The notes: a model not told the origin generated them from the sequence alone. A stretch of DNA of 64,000 bases from an uncultured Lentisphaeraceae bacterium (GCA_964406095.1 CAYOQJ010000092.1:590-64589), one strand, 5' to 3'. Positions 29,568 through 40,639 are shown, counted from the first letter of the stretch. Numbers and translations are program-made.

Positions 29568-30358
29568 TTATCCAACTCTCCTGGAACGATATTTTCCTGT
29601 CGGCCCTGCCTTTGCTGGTTATCATCGCAATTCTCTGTCGGATGCGACTGGGAGTCGGACGACAACTCCTGACCGGCATCCTGAGAACACTGGTGCAGCT
29701 GTCACTGGTGGGCACGGTGCTGACCGCCGTTTTCGTACATGAAAATCCACTCTGGACAATTGCCTTCGCCCTGGTCATGATCGCGACCGGAACCTATGAG
29801 GTAACCCGGCGACAGAGTCGTAAATTCGTGTGCGGGCTGTCAGTGGCCTTCTCCGTAATCGGACTTTTAAGTGCTGCTCTTTTCGCTACCGGATACGCAC
29901 TGCTGGTGGTACTGGATGTTTCGCCCTGGTGGCGGGCGCAGTATGCGATACCTCTGCTCGGCATGATCCTGGGCAACACAATGAACGGAATTTCACTGGG
30001 ACTTAACACCCTTACCGACGGAGTCTGGCAACAGCGTGCCGCCATCGAAAATAGATTGGCCCTGGGGGAAAGTGCTCAGGAGGCGATCCGTGAAATTAAA
30101 CGTGATTGCCTGCGAAATGCCCTTACACCGATTATAAATGCCCTGGCGGTCTGTGGTGTGGTGAGCCTGCCGGGCATGATGACCGGACAGATTCTGGCAG
30201 GTAATGATCCTCAAATTGCCGCCCGCTATCAGATGATGATCATGTACCTGATTGCATCCGGCTGCGCTGCCGGTTGCCTGATTACAGTTATGCTGGCTTC
30301 AAAGCGCCTGTTCGATCATCGTGACCGATTGCGAATTGACCGTCTGAAACTGCAGTGA
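29564..30358 (+). CDS. fetB: UPF0014 family ABC permease, FetB/YbbM-like (putative iron export)
   Basis: 264-aa ORF with a GTG start overlapping the fetA stop. The conserved LPGMMTGQILAGNDP and ARYQMMIMY segments are typical of YbbM/FetB. Confidence 0.75.
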   Translation: MIIQLSWNDIFLSALPLLVIIAILCRMRLGVGRQLLTGILRTLVQLSLVGTVLTAVFVHENPLWTIAFALVMIATGTYEVTRRQSRKFVCGLSVAFSVIGLLSAALFATGYALLVVLDVSPWWRAQYAIPLLGMILGNTMNGISLGLNTLTDGVWQQRAAIENRLALGESAQEAIREIKRDCLRNALTPIINALAVCGVVSLPGMMTGQILAGNDPQIAARYQMMIMYLIASGCAAGCLITVMLASKRLFDHRDRLRIDRLKLQ

Positions 30359-30404
30359 GGTAAAACGACTCATAAATTTTAATCATAAAATAAGGAGAGC
30401 AAAA

Positions 30405-32726
30405 ATGTACAATACCCAGAAAAAAGTCACCCTGCGATGCCGGGTAGCGGTGTATGGAATTTATCTGCTTGCAGGACTGGCCGTCGTGATTGTGACCGGC
30501 TGCCGCCTGTGCCGATGTTGCGATGATAACAAAATAGCGGATGTGAATCTCTTTATAGGAACCGGTGGCCATGGCCATACCTTTCCCGGCGCGACGGTAC
30601 CCAACGGCATGGTGCAATTGAGCCCGGATACCCGCACCAAAGGATGGGACGCCTGCGGCGGTTTCTATGACGCAGATCAGACCATTATCGGCTTTTCCCA
30701 TACCCACCTCAGCGGAACCGGCTGCGGCGACCTCGGAGATATTCTGTTTATGCCTACCATCGGAGATGTGCCGCTTGAACCCGGCGATCAACAGAATACC
30801 GTAACAGGATACCGCTCAAGATTCCGCAAATCCACCCAGTCAGCACAACCAGGTTACTATAGTGTGCAGCTCGACGACTATAATGTACGCGCTGAATTGA
30901 CCGTTACCAAACGTACCGGTATGCACCGCTATACCTATCCCGCCGGTCAACAGCCGCGCGTCGTGCTGGACCTGAACTACGCGCTGCATAATCAGAAAAA
31001 CAAACGTCTGATGCTGCATGTGATTAGCCCGACAGAGATCGAAGGTACCAAAATAACACAGGGCTGGTCTCCACATCAGGAGGTACATTTTTATGCCCGC
31101 TTCTCCAAACCATTCTCCTGCCAAATTCAGAAGGGCGGCAGATTCCTGCTCGACGCTAAACAGGCTGAAGGTGAAAATTTAAAGGCTTTGCTGCGTTTTG
31201 AACCGACCGACTTGAATACCGTGATGGCCCAAGTGGCAATCTCATCGGTCGATCCCGCTGGCGCCCGTAGAAATTTTGACGCGGAGTTTAATGGATGGGA
31301 TTTTGATGCGGTGCGCATGACCGCCGCAGAACTCTGGGCTGATGAACTCGACTGTATCAAGGTGCAAGGCGGTTCTCCGACCGAGCGACGGATATTCTAC
31401 AGTGCCCTCTACCATCTCTCAATCTCTCCGACGCTACATAGCGACGTTGACGGACGTTACCGCGGTAGCGACTATAAAGTCCATAAAGCTGAGGGCTATG
31501 ACGGCTATACTCTTTTCTCTCTCTGGGATACCTTTCGCACCCGCCACCCATTGGAAACAATTCTTCGACCATCGCGTAACTCGGAGTTTGTCCGTTCGAT
31601 TCTCTCACGTGTCAACGAGGGAGGTCTGCTCCCGATGTGGGAACTCTCTGGTAACGACAATGGCTGCATGATCGGCTATCACGCAGTACCGGTGATTGTG
31701 GATGCCTATATGAAAGGGGATCGTAGCTTCGATGCTGAAAAGGCCTTTGCGGCCTGCGTCAAAGCCGCTGAGTACCACCCGGATGCCTTCCCGCCGGAAA
31801 TGCCTCAGAAGATCAGAGAAAAAATTATGCCCAAGTCAAAACACGAAAAAAATACCAGAGGCTGGATTCCCTGTGATTCCGAGAACGCCAGTGTTTCGCG
31901 TGGACTTGAGTATGCTTATAACGACTGGTGCATCGCACAGTTTGCCAAGGCCCTCGGCAAGTCCGCGGAGTATCGACGTTTCTCCGATCTTGCCCGTAAT
32001 TACCGCCACTATTATGATCGTCAAACCGGGTTCATGCGCGGACGTAAGTCCGACGGCACATGGAATTCACCCTTCGATCCCCGTTCCAATAACCACTGGA
32101 AAGACGACTATTGCGAAGGTAACGCCTGGCAATGGAGCTGGTTTGTGCCACACGACCCTGCCGGTTTGATGGAATTGATGGGAGGCAAAGTCGCCTATAT
32201 CAAAAAATTGGATCAGCTTTTTGTTGAGCCGTCAGTTATCACCGGTGATAAAGTCGCCGCCGATATCAGCGGCTTGATCGGCCAGTATGCCCATGGCAAT
32301 GAGCCCAGTCACCATACGGTTTATATGTATCACCCCGCCGGTCAGCCGTGGAAGGCCAATAACCGGATCGATCAGATTCTGCGCACCCTTTATTTCGATG
32401 CGCCGGACGGTCTCTCCGGCAATGAGGATTGCGGTCAGATGTCAGCCTGGTATGTTATGAATGCTATGGGCTTTTACTCCTTCTGCCCGGGTGATCCGCG
32501 CTATATGATCGGACGCCCACTCTTTGACCGAGTGACGATCAAACTTGAAAATGGCAGAACCTTTAAGGTCATTGCATATAATAATTCGGTGCATAATAAA
32601 TTTGTGCGGCGCGCTCTGATCAATGGCAAAGAGCTTGCCGATCCCTGGTTCATACATGACGATATAATGCAGGGTGCCACCCTTGAGCTGTATATGACCT
32701 CAAATAGGAGTGACTGTCAGCATTGA
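30405..32726 (+). CDS. Glycoside hydrolase family 92 alpha-mannosidase
   Basis: 773-aa ORF with GTGGHGHTFPGATVPNGMVQLSPDT, FSHTHLSGTGCGDLGD and QYAHGNEPSHH, the hallmark GH92 motifs. Confidence 0.9.
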   Translation: MYNTQKKVTLRCRVAVYGIYLLAGLAVVIVTGCRLCRCCDDNKIADVNLFIGTGGHGHTFPGATVPNGMVQLSPDTRTKGWDACGGFYDADQTIIGFSHTHLSGTGCGDLGDILFMPTIGDVPLEPGDQQNTVTGYRSRFRKSTQSAQPGYYSVQLDDYNVRAELTVTKRTGMHRYTYPAGQQPRVVLDLNYALHNQKNKRLMLHVISPTEIEGTKITQGWSPHQEVHFYARFSKPFSCQIQKGGRFLLDAKQAEGENLKALLRFEPTDLNTVMAQVAISSVDPAGARRNFDAEFNGWDFDAVRMTAAELWADELDCIKVQGGSPTERRIFYSALYHLSISPTLHSDVDGRYRGSDYKVHKAEGYDGYTLFSLWDTFRTRHPLETILRPSRNSEFVRSILSRVNEGGLLPMWELSGNDNGCMIGYHAVPVIVDAYMKGDRSFDAEKAFAACVKAAEYHPDAFPPEMPQKIREKIMPKSKHEKNTRGWIPCDSENASVSRGLEYAYNDWCIAQFAKALGKSAEYRRFSDLARNYRHYYDRQTGFMRGRKSDGTWNSPFDPRSNNHWKDDYCEGNAWQWSWFVPHDPAGLMELMGGKVAYIKKLDQLFVEPSVITGDKVAADISGLIGQYAHGNEPSHHTVYMYHPAGQPWKANNRIDQILRTLYFDAPDGLSGNEDCGQMSAWYVMNAMGFYSFCPGDPRYMIGRPLFDRVTIKLENGRTFKVIAYNNSVHNKFVRRALINGKELADPWFIHDDIMQGATLELYMTSNRSDCQH

Positions 32727-32737
32727 ACGGCTGCGGT

Positions 32738-33862
32738 TCACTCCAGCCCCTTGAATGCGCCGATCATCCGCAATAGCGATGATTGGCACATTTTTATTGC
32801 GTCAACCGGGCAGACTTCATGACAGCAGCTGCAGGTGATGCAGAGCCGCTTGTTTAAACGCGGCAGCTTGTCTGTCCGTTCTTCCAGTGTCAGTGCGTTC
32901 ACCGGACATGCCCTGACACACATGCCGCAATGAATACACCGCTCACTAAAAAAGCGCGGGCGTATCCATATCAAACCCGCCGCCAGCTTTACCACCCAGG
33001 CCGGAATACGGTCGAGTAAATGTGCACCCGTGGGTATCGCAAAATGGCTGATTTTGATTGTGTCACCGCTGATCTCAGGATGATGCCGCTCAAGCCCGTT
33101 GTCAACCGCCAGATAAGGCACCTGCTGCGGTTTGATCCCTAGAACGTCGCAGATGGCGATGTCTAGCGCGAAAGGATCACGCGATACAGCCAGGAAAGCT
33201 AAATGTACCGGTGTGCCATTGGCCGGGCCTTGCCCTTCCATCCCGATCACACCGTCAGCAATGCTCCAGACCGGCGGTAAACAGTCGTGAATTGTTTTAA
33301 CCAGTGTTCCGAAATCCTTTAAATCGGGGTGCTGACGATGCAAAGCAGTTTTTGTGTAACCGGGAACTACACCATATAAATTCTTTACAGCGGCAGTCAG
33401 AACCGTCAGTGAATGACTCTTGACCTTGGGCAGATTGAAAATAATATCGCATTGCAGTGCCGCTTTGGCAATCGAAATTCGGCGGCCACCGCACTCGACT
33501 ATCTCAGCTCCGGATTGCTCAAAAGAGATCAGCTCCACCTCCTCATCACAGCAGACCGCCGCAACTCCCGTCTTGCGCCAGACTTCCTTCAGATTGGCGG
33601 CACTGGCCGGACTGTCACCAACGGTGATCAGCGCACCGCATTTTTTAAGCTGAGCTATAACCTGCCGTAGTAGCTCCGGGTGTGTAGTCACCGCCTGCTC
33701 CGGTATGCGATCAGTCAGCATGTTCGGTTTAATCAAAACCCGCTTGCCAGCGAAGTTTTCTCTTCGTAACCAATGCGTATCTCTAAAAATCCGTTCAACA
33801 GAGGAAGTTAGCGCATCTTTGTAATCAGCACACCTGATAAATAAAACATCACTCTCTTTCAT
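32738..33862 (-). CDS. DUF362 domain protein with C-terminal 2x[4Fe-4S] ferredoxin domain
   Basis: 374-aa ORF with a VLIKPNML DUF362 core, plus CIHCGMCVRACP and CITCSCCHEVCP cluster motifs. Confidence 0.8.
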   Translation of the reverse strand: MKESDVLFIRCADYKDALTSSVERIFRDTHWLRRENFAGKRVLIKPNMLTDRIPEQAVTTHPELLRQVIAQLKKCGALITVGDSPASAANLKEVWRKTGVAAVCCDEEVELISFEQSGAEIVECGGRRISIAKAALQCDIIFNLPKVKSHSLTVLTAAVKNLYGVVPGYTKTALHRQHPDLKDFGTLVKTIHDCLPPVWSIADGVIGMEGQGPANGTPVHLAFLAVSRDPFALDIAICDVLGIKPQQVPYLAVDNGLERHHPEISGDTIKISHFAIPTGAHLLDRIPAWVVKLAAGLIWIRPRFFSERCIHCGMCVRACPVNALTLEERTDKLPRLNKRLCITCSCCHEVCPVDAIKMCQSSLLRMIGAFKGLE

Positions 33863-33971
33863 GTCGCTATTGTAACTGAGTGGCTGCTTTAGAACACGCG
33901 TAAAAATCAGCCGCTTAGACTAGACTCCGTATCAAAGACCATAAACCTAAAAACGGCAGTTGCCCCCCGTC

Positions 33972-36665
33972 TCATTTGCGGACAATTTCGTATAGCATGC
34001 ACGCTCCGCAAGGTTGAGCGACATTGACCATGAAGTTGAGAACGCCGTCATGTACAGCCGTGTCTATGCGCGCAACTCTTCGGCCGCTGGTTTCCAGAAC
34101 GTAAACCTCATAAGTTTGCGGCGCGTTTATCGCCAACCCGATTTCGGCCCGGCCTGCCCGAATCAGCGGGGGAGTGACACCACGGGCCAGAATAATTCTG
34201 CGCTCTCCCGAAGCATAAGTGGCCCGCGTATTCTGCATGTCAGTCAGATGCGAGAGCAGCAGACGAGCACTGCTCACCACCGGCTGTGTATCCAGCGAAC
34301 TTACCCAGATTGCGGCCGGTGCACCGCTGATGTTTACAGATAGGGCTCCTGCACTCAAGTGCCCTGCTTCCGCAAAACAGCCCAGCGTGCATTCCGATAC
34401 AACTGTCATGGCTCCGCGTTTTCGGTCGAAATTGACTGCGTTTTTGCGGGCTTCCTTTTCATCGAAGAACGGTTGCGGGTCAACGCTATCATAAGCACGG
34501 ATAGCCGGAATAACCTCCCATCCGGGAAGGTCTTTTCGTCCGACGTATGTCGCAACTTGCCTTTGCCATGCAGCAGTTTTCCAGGACGGATCAACATATT
34601 GAGAACGTTGCGGCGACGCTGAATTACTAGCAGAATCCCGATTGATCTGAATAGCTGCACGGTTCTCTAAAACATCCAGATCACTACGCAGAAATAGGCA
34701 TAAAACTGCCCGCTCCGCGGCTTGCGCCAATGGATCGTCCGAGAGTTCAAAATAACCGGCAGCTCTCCTATTGTTAAACATGCTGTCGACCCCCTGAGCG
34801 TAATCAAAACGCCAAAGTCCGCTCCAATCCTGTAACGCCGCCATGCTTCCGGTTATCAACCCCGCCATACCGCGGTACATCGCGGGCCAGCAGAAATTGT
34901 ACTCCGTCACTGTGAATGGTTTGTTCGCCAGACGAGTGAAAGCCGCGGAACAGATTTTAGGAGACCCGCTGCGCAGAGGATTGGAGTTGTTGCAGATTCC
35001 CGGCATGCGCCAGCGCCGATAAAGAAAATTTGGGTGGTTCATATAAAAATGGTCGTCCACATAATCATGCAATGCCTCACGAACCGGCTGCAGGGTAGTA
35101 TATTGAAAACCACCGTTGTAGTTTGAGACCAGTGCTCGGCATTGCAGTTCATCCCGCAGGAATGTGCGCATCCTCATCATCATCTTTGCCTCGATATCAG
35201 CAATAAAACGAGCCACTACTGCGGCTTCCTGACCTGTACGCGCTAACGGCATTTTTTCGGGAATCGCAGCGTACAGCACGGGATTTTCCCGGCGTTGCTC
35301 CGCTAGCCAGACCGCCCACGCCGATTGCACCTGCGGCAGACGACGTGCTTCAGCGTTGACATAGCCCATGGCACCTTCGTTTACCAGTGCGATCAACGGT
35401 ATACCCGGTTCGTCAGCATAGCGTCGCCCAGTGTACGGATTGATGTGATTCATAAAATTACGTGTGTATGCCGCCCAATTCTCATAAGCAGGTTCATGTA
35501 CCGCGACCAGCATCTTGAAAATATGCGTGGGTATATCACCATCTCGATCGATGCCAAGCTGACGCCAGGCTATCTTGCGTGAAACATAAAGATCGGTCGT
35601 GGCGTAGATACCCCTCTTGAAACAGGCGGCCAGCAAAGCGTCCAGTCGAGCCATCTGACCGATATTGAGCGTTACGCTGTCCGGACTGTCCAACACACAG
35701 TAATTATCATGATGGTGAATACGTACGCTGTTGTAACCAAGTAGCAGTAGACGTTCCGCTAAAGTTTCCGACTGCTCCGGTGTCGGGAAACAGGCTGTAC
35801 TGCATAAATTAACACCGCAGAAACGTTGCGCTACCCCCGGTAAATTTTCAAATTCAAAGTTTGAACCGACCACCCGAAGCCAACCATGTTTGCCAGCGGG
35901 AGCATCTGTAAAGCCCATATCTGAAAAATCGAGTGCCGACCCGGCCTCAATCTCCTTCTTATGATCAAGCACTATCCACTCCTTGCCCGCTTCAATAACG
36001 TAAGGTTGCGCATAGCGCAGCTTTAGCGGTTTGTCGGCATGGAGATTGAAGACCACCTGGCATCTATCGCCTTTTAAGTATTTTTTGCTGCTGTTGTTGC
36101 CGATACGCAAACCGAAGTTATCGTGCCATTGCCGATTGTCAAGTAGCGTGATCTGAGTGGGATTTTTGAATGTGAACCTCAGATTACCTTCAACATCATC
36201 AGGCATTGATAACTTCAGCTCTCTGACCTTGCCGCTGAAAATCAGCAACGCTCCACGTTCAAGAGGAAACGTACCGGTTATCTCGTCCGCCTCCCATGTG
36301 CACCTCCGCCAGGTAGACGCCGGCAGTGTGGTGCCGACAAAAAGCGCGTTCAAAATCATCTCCGAATCAGGGATGAAGGTGTACTCAGCCCTTAGCGAAC
36401 TTCCCTCACATAGTTCCACTGCTGCACTGCCCTTGACCATCTGCCCCTGAGCTGGCTCAAGACTGAACTCGCAACGGCCCCGTTCGTCAGGAAAACTCAT
36501 CCCCTGATCTCGCACACTCCTTGCCCACCCTTTGGTGAAAAGTGCGGCACTCAACTCAATCTCGGGATTGTTGATTTTAAGCTTAGCTCCCATGCCCAAC
36601 ACAGCTTCGCTTGCTCTTGCTGTGCAGATCAGCATAACGAAAAACAGCATGGCCTTTTTAATCAT
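33972..36665 (-). CDS. Large secreted glycoside hydrolase-like protein (clan GH-A TIM-barrel-like core)
   Basis: The track ORF extends to 36818. I prefer the ATG at 36665, which gives signal peptide MIKKAMLFFVMLICTARASEA; the start remains uncertain. The core FCGVNLC...LGYNSVRIHHHD...LVNEGAM resembles GH5-like (beta/alpha)8 enzymes with an NE acid/base motif. Confidence 0.6.
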   Translation of the reverse strand: MIKKAMLFFVMLICTARASEAVLGMGAKLKINNPEIELSAALFTKGWARSVRDQGMSFPDERGRCEFSLEPAQGQMVKGSAAVELCEGSSLRAEYTFIPDSEMILNALFVGTTLPASTWRRCTWEADEITGTFPLERGALLIFSGKVRELKLSMPDDVEGNLRFTFKNPTQITLLDNRQWHDNFGLRIGNNSSKKYLKGDRCQVVFNLHADKPLKLRYAQPYVIEAGKEWIVLDHKKEIEAGSALDFSDMGFTDAPAGKHGWLRVVGSNFEFENLPGVAQRFCGVNLCSTACFPTPEQSETLAERLLLLGYNSVRIHHHDNYCVLDSPDSVTLNIGQMARLDALLAACFKRGIYATTDLYVSRKIAWRQLGIDRDGDIPTHIFKMLVAVHEPAYENWAAYTRNFMNHINPYTGRRYADEPGIPLIALVNEGAMGYVNAEARRLPQVQSAWAVWLAEQRRENPVLYAAIPEKMPLARTGQEAAVVARFIADIEAKMMMRMRTFLRDELQCRALVSNYNGGFQYTTLQPVREALHDYVDDHFYMNHPNFLYRRWRMPGICNNSNPLRSGSPKICSAAFTRLANKPFTVTEYNFCWPAMYRGMAGLITGSMAALQDWSGLWRFDYAQGVDSMFNNRRAAGYFELSDDPLAQAAERAVLCLFLRSDLDVLENRAAIQINRDSASNSASPQRSQYVDPSWKTAAWQRQVATYVGRKDLPGWEVIPAIRAYDSVDPQPFFDEKEARKNAVNFDRKRGAMTVVSECTLGCFAEAGHLSAGALSVNISGAPAAIWVSSLDTQPVVSSARLLLSHLTDMQNTRATYASGERRIILARGVTPPLIRAGRAEIGLAINAPQTYEVYVLETSGRRVARIDTAVHDGVLNFMVNVAQPCGACMLYEIVRK

Positions 36666-36741
36666 CTCCTGGTTCCTGGGTTTAGGCGGTTCAGCTGTGA
36701 AAGCAAAATACGGTTTTATCTTTATCATAGAGAGTCGTCTA

Positions 36742-37578
36742 TTATTTTCTGTCCATGAGCTTATGATGCGCATCCGCAAAGAGACGATGCCCGATCGAAG
36801 TGTCATGACAGGATGCACATTTCATCTCGCTGACGATATTGCCGATTTTTCCATCCGAGCCGTGACAATTTAGACAGCTTTGAGTCGTTGAGTCGTTAAT
36901 GTGTGCCAAAGAGCAGTGCTTCTCACGGAACTGATTTAATATAATGGTGAGCCGGAAGGCCACATCTGCGGTCAGACGACGACAGCGCTCTTTGCGCTGC
37001 TGACTCTCCGCCCTATTATCAGAAGCTTTGGCCCAGCTGATCATAGAGGCGTGACAAAGAGTGGATCCAGCAACCGATTTGCCGGGTGTGTGATCCAGCA
37101 GCGGTTCTTTCGGTTCGAAAACCGGTAACTTCGTTTTTTCATACCATTTGAATAAATCTGTAGTCATCAGATCACGCGTTTTTTTGTGAGCTACAAACAG
37201 GCCCAGTAAAGCTGCGGCACCATTCAGAGCACCGCATATGGTGCCGTATCCGCCTACGCCGCCATGACCGTATTCCATCATCTGAATCGGAAACGACGCG
37301 TAGGGCTCGCCAAACCGCTCAGCAAGCTGTGAGATGACACTGTATGCTACGGCATACATACAGCTGCCGGTATTGTATGCGCGGTAAGCCCGTTCTGCTG
37401 TGACAGTTGGGTTCAGCTGATGATATTTCCAGGTGAAGTCGGGGGGATTGAATTTCAGCTCAACTTGCGGCTCTACCGGTGGAAATTCTGTTTTAAAACC
37501 CTGTGTAAGAAAGAGTACGCCAGCACCTCCCCCCAGAAATCCCCCGGCTGCAACTTTCAACGCTGTACGTCTGTTCAT
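36742..37578 (-). CDS. Tat-exported split-Soret cytochrome c-like protein (C_GCAxxG_C_C domain plus two CxxCH haem sites)
   Basis: 278-aa ORF with a twin-arginine signal (MNRRTALKVAAGG). Cys pattern: SC...GTICGALNGAAA...LCH...ERC. The C-terminus has CLNCH and CASCH haem c motifs. Confidence 0.65.
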   Translation of the reverse strand: MNRRTALKVAAGGFLGGGAGVLFLTQGFKTEFPPVEPQVELKFNPPDFTWKYHQLNPTVTAERAYRAYNTGSCMYAVAYSVISQLAERFGEPYASFPIQMMEYGHGGVGGYGTICGALNGAAALLGLFVAHKKTRDLMTTDLFKWYEKTKLPVFEPKEPLLDHTPGKSVAGSTLCHASMISWAKASDNRAESQQRKERCRRLTADVAFRLTIILNQFREKHCSLAHINDSTTQSCLNCHGSDGKIGNIVSEMKCASCHDTSIGHRLFADAHHKLMDRK

Positions 37579-37728
37579 TATCTTTTCCCTTTTGTGTTAA
37601 GTCGATACCCAACAACCTGCAGATCAACTGTCTGCCTGCTCAATTCCGTTTTAAAAAATCAGCTTCTATCTTCCCAATTATAGCAAGTCAAATCAGTTTC
37701 AATCAATCTCGTAATAATCAAAAATCAG

Positions 37729-37775
37729 AATTAGGGACAGGCACTAATTCGGTTAATTAGGGACAGGCACTAATT
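37729..37775. repeat. Tandem 21-bp direct repeat (two copies, 5-nt spacer), each containing the dyad AATTAG-N9-CTAATT; candidate operator
   Basis: AATTAGGGACAGGCACTAATT occurs at 37729-37749 and again, identical, at 37755-37775. It lies in the divergent intergenic region between the cytochrome gene and clpB. Confidence 0.75.
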
Positions 37776-37980
37776 TCACTAATTTCACTCGGTTAAACCC
37801 CCTCCGGGGGTGTAACCTTACAAAGCCCTTCGGTCTTTGCAGGTACTCGGGGGAATGGTTTTATCTTTCGGAACTTCTTGAATTTACAGAAAAAATTTAC
37901 ACAGTCATATCATGTGGTACGTTTAGTGCTTGTAGCTGTATTGAGACGATAAGAAGATCGATGCAAAAGGAGACAATAAC

Positions 37981-40587
37981 ATGATGGATTTGAGTAAATG
38001 GACGCAAAAAGCTCAGGAGGCGTTGAAGCGCGCACAGCAGGAGGCTGTTCGTTGTGCGCATCAGCAGGTTGATGCTGAGCATCTGCTTTTCGCATTGCTT
38101 AACATGCCGGAGGGGCTTGTGCCCTCTCTTTTACAGCGTATGAATGTGGCGGTTCCAGCTTTAATTGCCAGAGTTCAACAGGAGCTGGATAAGCGTCCGG
38201 CTGTCAGCGGTGATATTGAGCAGGGCAAGATTTATGTGACCCAGGATTTTAACGCATTGCTGGTGAAAGCTGGTGATTACGCTAAACAGTTGAATGATGA
38301 GTATCTCTCGGTTGAACATCTGTTGCTGGCGATGACGGCGATGAGTGCAAAAAGTTCTGTTGGACGATTGCTGAAAGATGCCGGTGTCGATACGCGCGGT
38401 GTGCTTGAAGCTCTCCAGGTTGTACGCGGTAATCAGCGAGTTACATCTGATAATCCCGAGGGTCAGTATGAAGCACTCGATAAATATGGTGTTGATCTGG
38501 TAGAACTGGCCCGCTCAGGCAAGCTTGATCCGGTGATCGGTCGCGACACTGAAATACGCAATGTAGTGAGAATTCTTTCACGAAAGACCAAGAATAACCC
38601 GGTATTGATCGGCGAGCCCGGTGTTGGGAAAACCGCGATTGTCGAGGGTCTGGCGCAACGCATTGTACGCGGTGACGTTCCCGAAGGACTCAAGGATCGC
38701 ACGATTTTCGCGCTTGATATGACCGCTTTGATGGCGGGTGCCAAATACCGCGGTGAATTCGAGGAGCGTCTCAAAGCAGTGCTGAATGAAATCAAGGCCT
38801 CTGATGGACGCATCCTGCTCTTTATAGATGAGATTCACACGATAGTCGGAGCCGGTAAAACTGAGGGTTCATCTGATGCTGGTAATATGCTGAAACCGAT
38901 GCTGGCGCGAGGTGAATTGCACTGTATTGGTGCTACAACTCTGGATGAATATCGTAAGTATATGGAAAAAGACGCAGCGCTGGAGCGTCGTTTCCAGCCT
39001 GTTAAAGTGGATGCTCCCGGGGTGGAGGATACGATCTCCATTCTGCGCGGACTCAAAGAGCGTTTTGAGAGTCATCATAATGTTCGCATTCTGGATACGG
39101 CACTGGTCTCTGCGGCGATGCTCTCGGATCGGTATGTGCAGGATCGTTTTCTGCCGGACAAGGCGATTGATCTGTTGGATGAAGCGTGCGCTTCAATCCG
39201 CACCGAGATGGATTCCATGCCGGCGGAGCTTGATGAGATCACGCGCAAGGTGACACGGCTTGAAATCGAGGAGGCAGCACTGAAAAAAGAGAGGGATGCT
39301 GCATCCAAAGAGCGTTTGAAGGAGCTTAAAAAAGAGCTTGCTGAATATAAGAGTCAGTCGGATGAGATGGTTTCACGCTGGCAGTCGGAGAAGAGTATTT
39401 TGGAACAGACCAGTCGATTGCGTGAGGAGCTGAACGCAGCCAGAATTGAGTATGAGCGTGCTGAACGCAGTTACGATCATAACAAGGCCGCTGAGTTGAA
39501 GTACGGAAAAATACCGGAGCTGGAACGCAAACTTGAAGAGGCTCAGAAAAAACTGCATGCAAATGAATCGAGCGCGTTGCTGCGCGAAGAGGTGACTTCC
39601 GATGAGATCGCTGAAGCTGTGGCGCGTTGGTCAGGAATTCCCGTGACAAAATTGATGGAGGGAGAGCGCTCTAAACTGCTTCATCTCTCTGATGAGCTGC
39701 ATCAGCGGGTGATCGGTCAGGATGAGGCGGTGGATGCGGTGGCCGATGCTGTGTTGCGTTCACGCGCGGGTATCAAGAACCGACAGCGTCCTGTCGGCGC
39801 TTTTATGTTTCTCGGGCCGACCGGTGTCGGTAAGACCGAGCTGGCTAAAGCATTGGCCTCCGAGCTCTTTGACTCTGAGCAAGCGATGGTGCGTATTGAT
39901 ATGTCGGAATATATGGAGAAGCATACTGTGTCACGCCTGGTCGGTGCGCCACCTGGATATGTCGGTTATGAAGAGGGCGGGCAGTTAACCGAAACTGTGC
40001 GGCGCAAACCTTACAGTGTTATTCTGCTGGATGAGATTGAAAAGGCGCATCATGATGTCTTTAACATCTTGTTGCAGATGCTTGATGATGGACGGCTGAC
40101 CGACAACCGCGGTCGCACAGTAAACTTCAGTAATGCGGTGATCATCATGACTGGCAATATAGGCTCTGATCTACTGGCCGAAACCGGTGAAGAGAGCGCA
40201 GAGGACATCAAGGTGCCGGAGAACATCCGTAAGCAGATTATGGAGCGTTTGAAGCTGCACTTTAGACCTGAATTTCTCAACCGTCTGGACGAGGTTGTTT
40301 TCTTCAGCAAGTTGAGTCGCTTGCAGATTGTCGAAATCGTTAAGTTGCAACTTGAAGAGCTGAGAGGACGTTTGCGCGAGCAGGAGCTGGAACTCGCTGT
40401 TGAGCAGGATGCGGTGGAGCTACTGGCCGAACGCGGTTATGATCCGGTTTATGGTGCTCGTCCGGTAAAGCGTGCCATTCAGCGCGAGTTGGAGACACCC
40501 TTGGCACGCAGAATTGTGGCTGGCGACTACCCTGCCAGCTCGACGATTAAAGTGACTGTAAGAAATGGCTCAATCAAATTGGTTTAA
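37981..40587 (+). CDS. clpB: ATP-dependent chaperone ClpB
   Basis: 868-aa ORF with two AAA+ modules (GEPGVGKT and GPTGVGKT Walker A) and a long coiled-coil middle domain. It has no ClpP-binding loop tripeptide. Confidence 0.97.
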   Translation: MMDLSKWTQKAQEALKRAQQEAVRCAHQQVDAEHLLFALLNMPEGLVPSLLQRMNVAVPALIARVQQELDKRPAVSGDIEQGKIYVTQDFNALLVKAGDYAKQLNDEYLSVEHLLLAMTAMSAKSSVGRLLKDAGVDTRGVLEALQVVRGNQRVTSDNPEGQYEALDKYGVDLVELARSGKLDPVIGRDTEIRNVVRILSRKTKNNPVLIGEPGVGKTAIVEGLAQRIVRGDVPEGLKDRTIFALDMTALMAGAKYRGEFEERLKAVLNEIKASDGRILLFIDEIHTIVGAGKTEGSSDAGNMLKPMLARGELHCIGATTLDEYRKYMEKDAALERRFQPVKVDAPGVEDTISILRGLKERFESHHNVRILDTALVSAAMLSDRYVQDRFLPDKAIDLLDEACASIRTEMDSMPAELDEITRKVTRLEIEEAALKKERDAASKERLKELKKELAEYKSQSDEMVSRWQSEKSILEQTSRLREELNAARIEYERAERSYDHNKAAELKYGKIPELERKLEEAQKKLHANESSALLREEVTSDEIAEAVARWSGIPVTKLMEGERSKLLHLSDELHQRVIGQDEAVDAVADAVLRSRAGIKNRQRPVGAFMFLGPTGVGKTELAKALASELFDSEQAMVRIDMSEYMEKHTVSRLVGAPPGYVGYEEGGQLTETVRRKPYSVILLDEIEKAHHDVFNILLQMLDDGRLTDNRGRTVNFSNAVIIMTGNIGSDLLAETGEESAEDIKVPENIRKQIMERLKLHFRPEFLNRLDEVVFFSKLSRLQIVEIVKLQLEELRGRLREQELELAVEQDAVELLAERGYDPVYGARPVKRAIQRELETPLARRIVAGDYPASSTIKVTVRNGSIKLV

Positions 40588-40639
40588 TCGAAATAAAATT
40601 TTATTTTAAAGAAAAAAATATAAAATTGATATACGACTG

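Noticed and set aside
37870-37925. Sigma32-type heat-shock promoter (CTTGAA...CCCCATNT) or a clear sigma70 promoter in front of clpB
   Set aside because: CTTGAAT is present at 37877-37883, but the nearest CATAT-like box is about 22 nt away, which is too far. The TTTACA-N17-CATATC alternative is weak. No promoter is called.
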